DNA of 64,000 nucleotides from Candidatus Omnitrophota bacterium (GTDB taxonomy: Bacteria > Omnitrophota > Gorgyraeia > Zapsychrales > JAHFFX01). Location: assembly GCA_023247725.1 (NCBI GenBank), contig JAHFFW010000003.1:704-64703 (forward strand). Reading direction: 5' to 3'. The translations under genes and the position numbers were made by a program. How positions within the stretch are numbered: the first letter of the stretch is position 1; every line of letters begins with the position of its first letter. Of the stretch, positions 59,686 to 64,000 are shown piece after piece. The notes beneath the pieces are model-generated. The model saw only the letters and a list, made by a program, of their open reading frames with translations. It did not search any database and was not told the origin of the DNA.

Positions 59686-60251
59686 TCACCCTCAATTTAT
59701 CCTGGGCCATTGGCATTTATATTTCTTTTGTTCTCATCCTTGTTTTGTCCATGTGGATATTTTACAATTGTTCCAGAGAAGAGGAGCCATTCCAAAAATC
59801 AGAATTTCTTGTGCATTGTCCTTACTGCACGCATTTATTTTTTGAATATTTGGATTCAGATCATTTAATCTGCCCGCTGTGCCGAAGTTATTTGATAAAG
59901 GAAAAGGGAACAAATCGCATGGGACTGAAAAAATTAAGAAATGAACAAGGCGTCATCCTGGTCACGGTGCTCATGGTGACAACCCTCATGATGATCTTCG
60001 TGATTGGCATTATCAGCATCAATGTCGGACAGGTTCTAACCGGCCAAAAACAGATTGATCGGATCAAATCCGAGGCCATAGCCATGGCCGCCCAATTAAG
60101 GATGCTGGATAAACTCAACAACGCTGACGAAACACCCACCACGGTAACCCAATCGCTCGATGGCAAAAATTTTTCAGCGACCTCCACTCCCGCCGCCCTG
60201 AACTCAGGACTGGATGATACCCGCAGCTTAAGCACGGTCATTACTTATTGA
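59682..60251 (+). CDS. TM + Zn-ribbon domain in frame with a PilX/GspK-like minor pilin
   Basis: CPYC...CPLC, then an internal Met at 59919 and LRNEQG|VILVTVLMV prepilin-like site. Confidence 0.65.
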   Translation: MITLNLSWAIGIYISFVLILVLSMWIFYNCSREEEPFQKSEFLVHCPYCTHLFFEYLDSDHLICPLCRSYLIKEKGTNRMGLKKLRNEQGVILVTVLMVTTLMMIFVIGIISINVGQVLTGQKQIDRIKSEAIAMAAQLRMLDKLNNADETPTTVTQSLDGKNFSATSTPAALNSGLDDTRSLSTVITY

Positions 60252-60453
60252 ATCCTCTGGAATTTTTTCAAAATTTTCTCTTCTCACCCGGAAATATTTG
60301 AAATCCCCGTTGACAAACATTACCCCGTATAGTGTAATTAACTTATAAAATTACTATTTATTAAAATGAACAGCAAACAGTCATGCGGCATTTGGCGCTT
60401 TCATCTACGCGAAGTCGACCAATGGCTTAAATCCCATTCCCAAAGAGCAAGCT

Positions 60454-62022
60454 ATGCCCGTCAATAGCCGTCTGGGGGTTTATTTAGGAACCTACTCCAT
60501 CACCCTCGTCGAAACGGAAAATCAATCCCCTGCCAAAGTTTTTTTTGTCCCCCATGAACCAACGGAAGCGGCTGATCCGACTCTACCTAAGGATACCTTG
60601 CCGGACACCAAAGCGGTCGCCACCCTCCAAAAGGCCCTGGCCGACGAGAAAATTACAACTACGGAAGTCGGCTTTTCGGTTCCCACCAAAGATATTGTTT
60701 TCCGTTCCTTTGTCATTCCCTGGGTGCATGCCAGCGAAATCAAGAATGTCATTGAATTTGAAGCGCGAAAGTATATTCCTTTCAAGCTTGAGGAAGTCAC
60801 GTACACCTTTCATTCCTCCGTATTCAATGATAAGGCTGTCCGCAAAATTCGGATTTTGCTCGTTGCTGTCCGTAATGACCGATTAAAAAAATACCGGCAA
60901 ATTTTTGAGCAGGCTGGGCTAAAAGTCAATTATATTGAGCCGGCGCCCATGAGTCTGCTGCGGGCCTTGATCTTTCGCGGCAAAATTCCTTTAGACCAAA
61001 AGATAGCGGTCGTCACCACAACGAGCAAGCAAGGCAAGATTGTTATCCTCGACCAGGGGGTTCCTCAATTTATCCGCGATTTTAAATTAGTGCCAGCGAA
61101 TCCAGCCCAAACGGATCATAATCCGGAGTTGTTTCATGCCCGCCTATTCAATGAAATCCGGATTTCACTGGATTATTATAGCCGCCAATACAACCAGGAA
61201 AAAATCTCCAGCATTCTGACCTTGAGTGAAAAGGCCTCCCCCGAACTCGCCCAAACGATCGGCAATGACCTGGGAATTCCCCTTACCTCGCTGAGCGCCA
61301 ATAGCATCCTCGGACTCAGTGAGGTTCATGATATTGATGTGGTCAACGCCTTTGGTATTGGCCTTAAAGATTCGGTCTCCATGCCGGTTAATTTTGATCT
61401 GACTCAAAAAGCGACGAAGGCGCAAAAAGCCGAATTTAAATTTCAACTGACTCAAGAAAATATTATCGAGATCGCCAAAGCAGGAGCGCTGTGTATAGGA
61501 ATCGTTGCTTTGGCCTTCGTCGGATCTTTCTTTGCGGTCATGAACTCGAAGAAAAAACTGGACACTCTTGCCGCTCAGCTGGGCGCAAGCAAAGATTTTG
61601 AGATCGAAACCCTGGAGGCCAAATCGAAGGATATACAAAACAAATTACAAGCCTACAAAGATATAAAGGCCACGAGCAATGTAGCCTTTTTCTTGACCAA
61701 GATTCCAACGCTTTTGCCAAAAGGGATTTGGTTGAAAGATATCGAAATCCGGTATGTAGAGACAACCCTCAAACCGGAATCCGCAACCAGCGGCTCAACC
61801 AAGGAGCCGGATCGAGTGGTCACAAAAGTGGAATTGTCGTTAAGCGGTTTTGTCTATGAAGTGTCAACAAACCAACAAATTCGTCTGGTTAACAATTTTC
61901 TGGTCACTTTGAAAAACAATAAACTAGTGACCGATATTTTTTCAAATATCAATTTGGATTCGGCCAATACTCAGCCGATGGGCCAACACAACGTGACCTT
62001 TTTTAAAATCGCCTTCAAATAA
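60454..62022 (+). CDS. PilM-PilN-like fusion (type IV pilus alignment complex)
   Basis: Actin-like PilM features (FEARKYIPF, ILLVAV, EIRISLDYY), then a TM segment and PilN-like LPKGIWL...LSG. Confidence 0.82.
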   Translation: MPVNSRLGVYLGTYSITLVETENQSPAKVFFVPHEPTEAADPTLPKDTLPDTKAVATLQKALADEKITTTEVGFSVPTKDIVFRSFVIPWVHASEIKNVIEFEARKYIPFKLEEVTYTFHSSVFNDKAVRKIRILLVAVRNDRLKKYRQIFEQAGLKVNYIEPAPMSLLRALIFRGKIPLDQKIAVVTTTSKQGKIVILDQGVPQFIRDFKLVPANPAQTDHNPELFHARLFNEIRISLDYYSRQYNQEKISSILTLSEKASPELAQTIGNDLGIPLTSLSANSILGLSEVHDIDVVNAFGIGLKDSVSMPVNFDLTQKATKAQKAEFKFQLTQENIIEIAKAGALCIGIVALAFVGSFFAVMNSKKKLDTLAAQLGASKDFEIETLEAKSKDIQNKLQAYKDIKATSNVAFFLTKIPTLLPKGIWLKDIEIRYVETTLKPESATSGSTKEPDRVVTKVELSLSGFVYEVSTNQQIRLVNNFLVTLKNNKLVTDIFSNINLDSANTQPMGQHNVTFFKIAFK

Positions 62023-62634
62023 ATGATGAAACTTTCCGATTTGAATAAAATTGACATTAAAGATCTGCAAAAAATTGATTTTGCAAAAATCCAAGAAAAC
62101 CTTCTACAAAAACCACTTCTTTTAATTAAAACCTTGCTCATCGTTATTTCGCTTTTAGTGACCATCAAGGTAATGGCCAATAGCCTGGCCCAAGTCAGTC
62201 AGATAAAAAACAAGATTGCCGATGCTGAAAAAAAGCTCAGCTCCATTAAAGAGAAAGAGGATGCAACCAAAGAACTAAAGATCTTTCTTGATTCCAGGAA
62301 ACCCGGTCTGTCGGCGGATACGATCGTTGACAACATTGCTGATTTTGCCGCAGCCCGAAACATCCAAATTTTATCGTTCACGCCGGCAAAGGAAGTAAAC
62401 AAAACAGTATATACTTTAACTAGTTTGAATCTTAATGTTTCTGCGGTCGACTACAAAACGATGATTCAGTTTATCCACGATATCGAGTCCGCCCCTTATG
62501 CATTAAAGGTGGTTCATTGGACGGGATTAATGGGGGCCGACACAGCCTCATCCACTGCGGCAGAAAAATCGGACAATCAATCTCGACCGATCATAGCGCA
62601 AATTGAAATCAACTCCGTCAATTATATTAAATGA
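62023..62634 (+). CDS. PilO-like protein
   Basis: TM, coiled coil, then YKTMIQFIHDIES; follows pilMN. Confidence 0.75.
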   Translation: MMKLSDLNKIDIKDLQKIDFAKIQENLLQKPLLLIKTLLIVISLLVTIKVMANSLAQVSQIKNKIADAEKKLSSIKEKEDATKELKIFLDSRKPGLSADTIVDNIADFAAARNIQILSFTPAKEVNKTVYTLTSLNLNVSAVDYKTMIQFIHDIESAPYALKVVHWTGLMGADTASSTAAEKSDNQSRPIIAQIEINSVNYIK

Positions 62635-63446
62635 ATCTTCTTTCATTCAGCCCTAAAATACTTTTTTTACGTAAATACAATGCTTGCCATAGCGCAGCGA
62701 AGCCGCAACCAAAAGGAATTTGGGTACGGTTATTGGTTACGAAACCCGTTTCGGGTTTCGGTTATGTCTATCGGCATTTTAAAACCGTTGCCGATGGACG
62801 AATACCGATACGGGCATCGTTACCGATCAACGACAAACGTAAAACTTTGCTAAAAAAACAAAATTTTACACATTTGCAATACAGTTCCCAATTCATCATT
62901 CCTTTGCGCGCTGGGCAAAAGATCCCGCATATCATTGCCGCATGGTTTTTCATCCATCTTTGCTGTCTTTGCCTGATCGAGTTGGTTTGGGCCCAGACGA
63001 CAACGCCTGCCGCAAATAGTGAATCAACCGGGAAGGCCAGTTCCGATTCAACCATCAGCAACCCGGAAGACTTCGTTCTCACTAATGAAGAAATTGAAGC
63101 GGTGCCCAATCCCTTTCTTGATCAATTACCGCCGGAGCCGGGAAAAGATGTGGTAACGAAAGGGCCGCCACCAACGCCCTTGCCTGAACTGACTAAAGAA
63201 AATCCCACGACCGTATCCAAACCGCCGCCGACCGTCTCCGCGGAGACTAAACCGATGGAAATGGTTGTTCCCAACTTTACCATCAACGGCTTGGTATGGG
63301 ATACAGACCGCCCTCAGGCGATTGTGAACAATAATGTGGTCGGGATAGGAGACGAGGTGGAACATTTTTTAATCACCAACATTACATCTGCAGGTATTGA
63401 TGTGATCTCCCAAGGCCGTCAATACCGGGTTCTGTACAAATACTGA
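62631..63446 (+). CDS. PilP/GspB-like protein (start at 62631, or TTG at 62904)
   Basis: PNPF...P, Pro/Thr linker, INGLVWDTDRPQAIVNNNVVGIGDEV; precedes the secretin. Confidence 0.7.
   Translation: MNLLSFSPKILFLRKYNACHSAAKPQPKGIWVRLLVTKPVSGFGYVYRHFKTVADGRIPIRASLPINDKRKTLLKKQNFTHLQYSSQFIIPLRAGQKIPHIIAAWFFIHLCCLCLIELVWAQTTTPAANSESTGKASSDSTISNPEDFVLTNEEIEAVPNPFLDQLPPEPGKDVVTKGPPPTPLPELTKENPTTVSKPPPTVSAETKPMEMVVPNFTINGLVWDTDRPQAIVNNNVVGIGDEVEHFLITNITSAGIDVISQGRQYRVLYKY
62722..62835. repeat. long imperfect palindrome within the 5' part of the pilP-like ORF
   Basis: GTCTATCGGCA/TGCCGATGGAC, CCCGTTTCGG/CCGATACGGG, GGTTACGA/TCGTTACC; internal GAAACCCG-TTT-CGGGTTTC. Confidence 0.7.
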
Positions 63447-63473
63447 AACAATTGGTTTAACCAAGGGGATCCC

Positions 63474-64000
63474 ATGAAAAAAACCATAGGTTATGTCTTG
63501 GTAATCGGTATTTGGATTGGAGGATCAGGTGGGCTGGCGCAAGGTGCCAATGTGCCGGTTGCCTCTGATCCCGCCAGCCATTTTATCTATCCGGAGTATT
63601 CAAAAACAATCTCGATGGATTTCAAGGATGCGGCCCTCATCGATGTCTTGAAAATCCTTTCGCAACAGTCGGGATTAAATTTTGTCGGCTCTCAAGAAGT
63701 GGCCAATCGCCGGATCACGCTTTTTTTAAACAATGTTCCCGTTGAGGAAGCCTTAGAACGAATCCTATCGGCCAATGGACTCATGTATGAATTGGAATCA
63801 GGAAGCGGTATTTTTATTGTTAAACCGAATGATAAGCCCACCAAGAATACCATCACCCGAGTTTACCGTCTAAAACACGCTTCGGTATCTAATTCAAAAA
63901 TTAATAAAACCCTCAATATTTCCGGCAATAGCGGCAGTTCTTCTGGCAGCACCGCCGCAGGAGCTGGAGCAGGCAGCCCGTCGGGGGGACTCATATCCGC
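63474..64000 (+). CDS. PilQ/GspD-type secretin, N-terminal part (runs off the window)
   Basis: Not in the ORF track. Signal peptide, then ISMDFKDAALIDVLKILSQQSGLNFV...VPVEEALERIL...TRVYRLKHA. Confidence 0.85.
   Translation, partial: MKKTIGYVLVIGIWIGGSGGLAQGANVPVASDPASHFIYPEYSKTISMDFKDAALIDVLKILSQQSGLNFVGSQEVANRRITLFLNNVPVEEALERILSANGLMYELESGSGIFIVKPNDKPTKNTITRVYRLKHASVSNSKINKTLNISGNSGSSSGSTAAGAGAGSPSGGLIS

Noticed and set aside
60360-60453. c-di-GMP-I riboswitch upstream of pilM
   Set aside because: GCAAAC is present, but the GNRA-capped P2 and the following GCAAAG/P3 pattern are not.
283-63365. Numerous antisense and alternate-frame ORFs in the track (e.g. 4888-5574, 35967-36683, 49552-50346)
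   Set aside because: They are shadows of well-supported genes, with no motifs or RBS of their own.

Overview
Mostly core-metabolism chromosome from a diderm bacterium, almost all on the + strand. A PVC-group organism such as Ca. Omnitrophota is my unverified guess from gene style and order. In order, the window holds: metH (5'-partial), nadA, metX-metW, lhgO; a nifU-PCD-rrf2-sufBCDSU-moaA operon; a minus-strand ispH-[relic]-fdx-moaE-[pduO relic]-murB operon divergent from ispG; a ~4 kb islet of hypothetical envelope genes; a frameshifted bcp; folE-folM-folX; fabG-acpP-fabF; leuB-asd-truA; rplM-rpsI; an argCJBDF-GH / lysA-dapFAB-dapL supercluster; folK-panC-nadX; uvrA; and a TPR-ExbB-ExbD-TonB-like-pilin cluster running into pilMN-pilO-pilP-secretin (3'-partial). 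I saw no tRNA, rRNA, CRISPR array, integrase or transposase. Three signals stand out. (1) Several sequence-distinct families of tandem-heptamer inverted-repeat elements begin at or just after stop codons inside operons. One copy encloses a decayed four-helix-bundle (23S-IVP/Avd-like) gene, and same-family copies are empty, suggesting an undescribed cassette or mobile system. (2) dapB is sandwiched between two toxin-antitoxin pairs, which are themselves bracketed by degenerate copies of the dapB 5' and 3' ends. (3) An ExbBD motor with a truncated TonB-like protein and a Zn-ribbon-pilin fusion sits directly upstream of the type IV pilus assembly genes. All protein calls come from motif recognition by eye; no searches were run.
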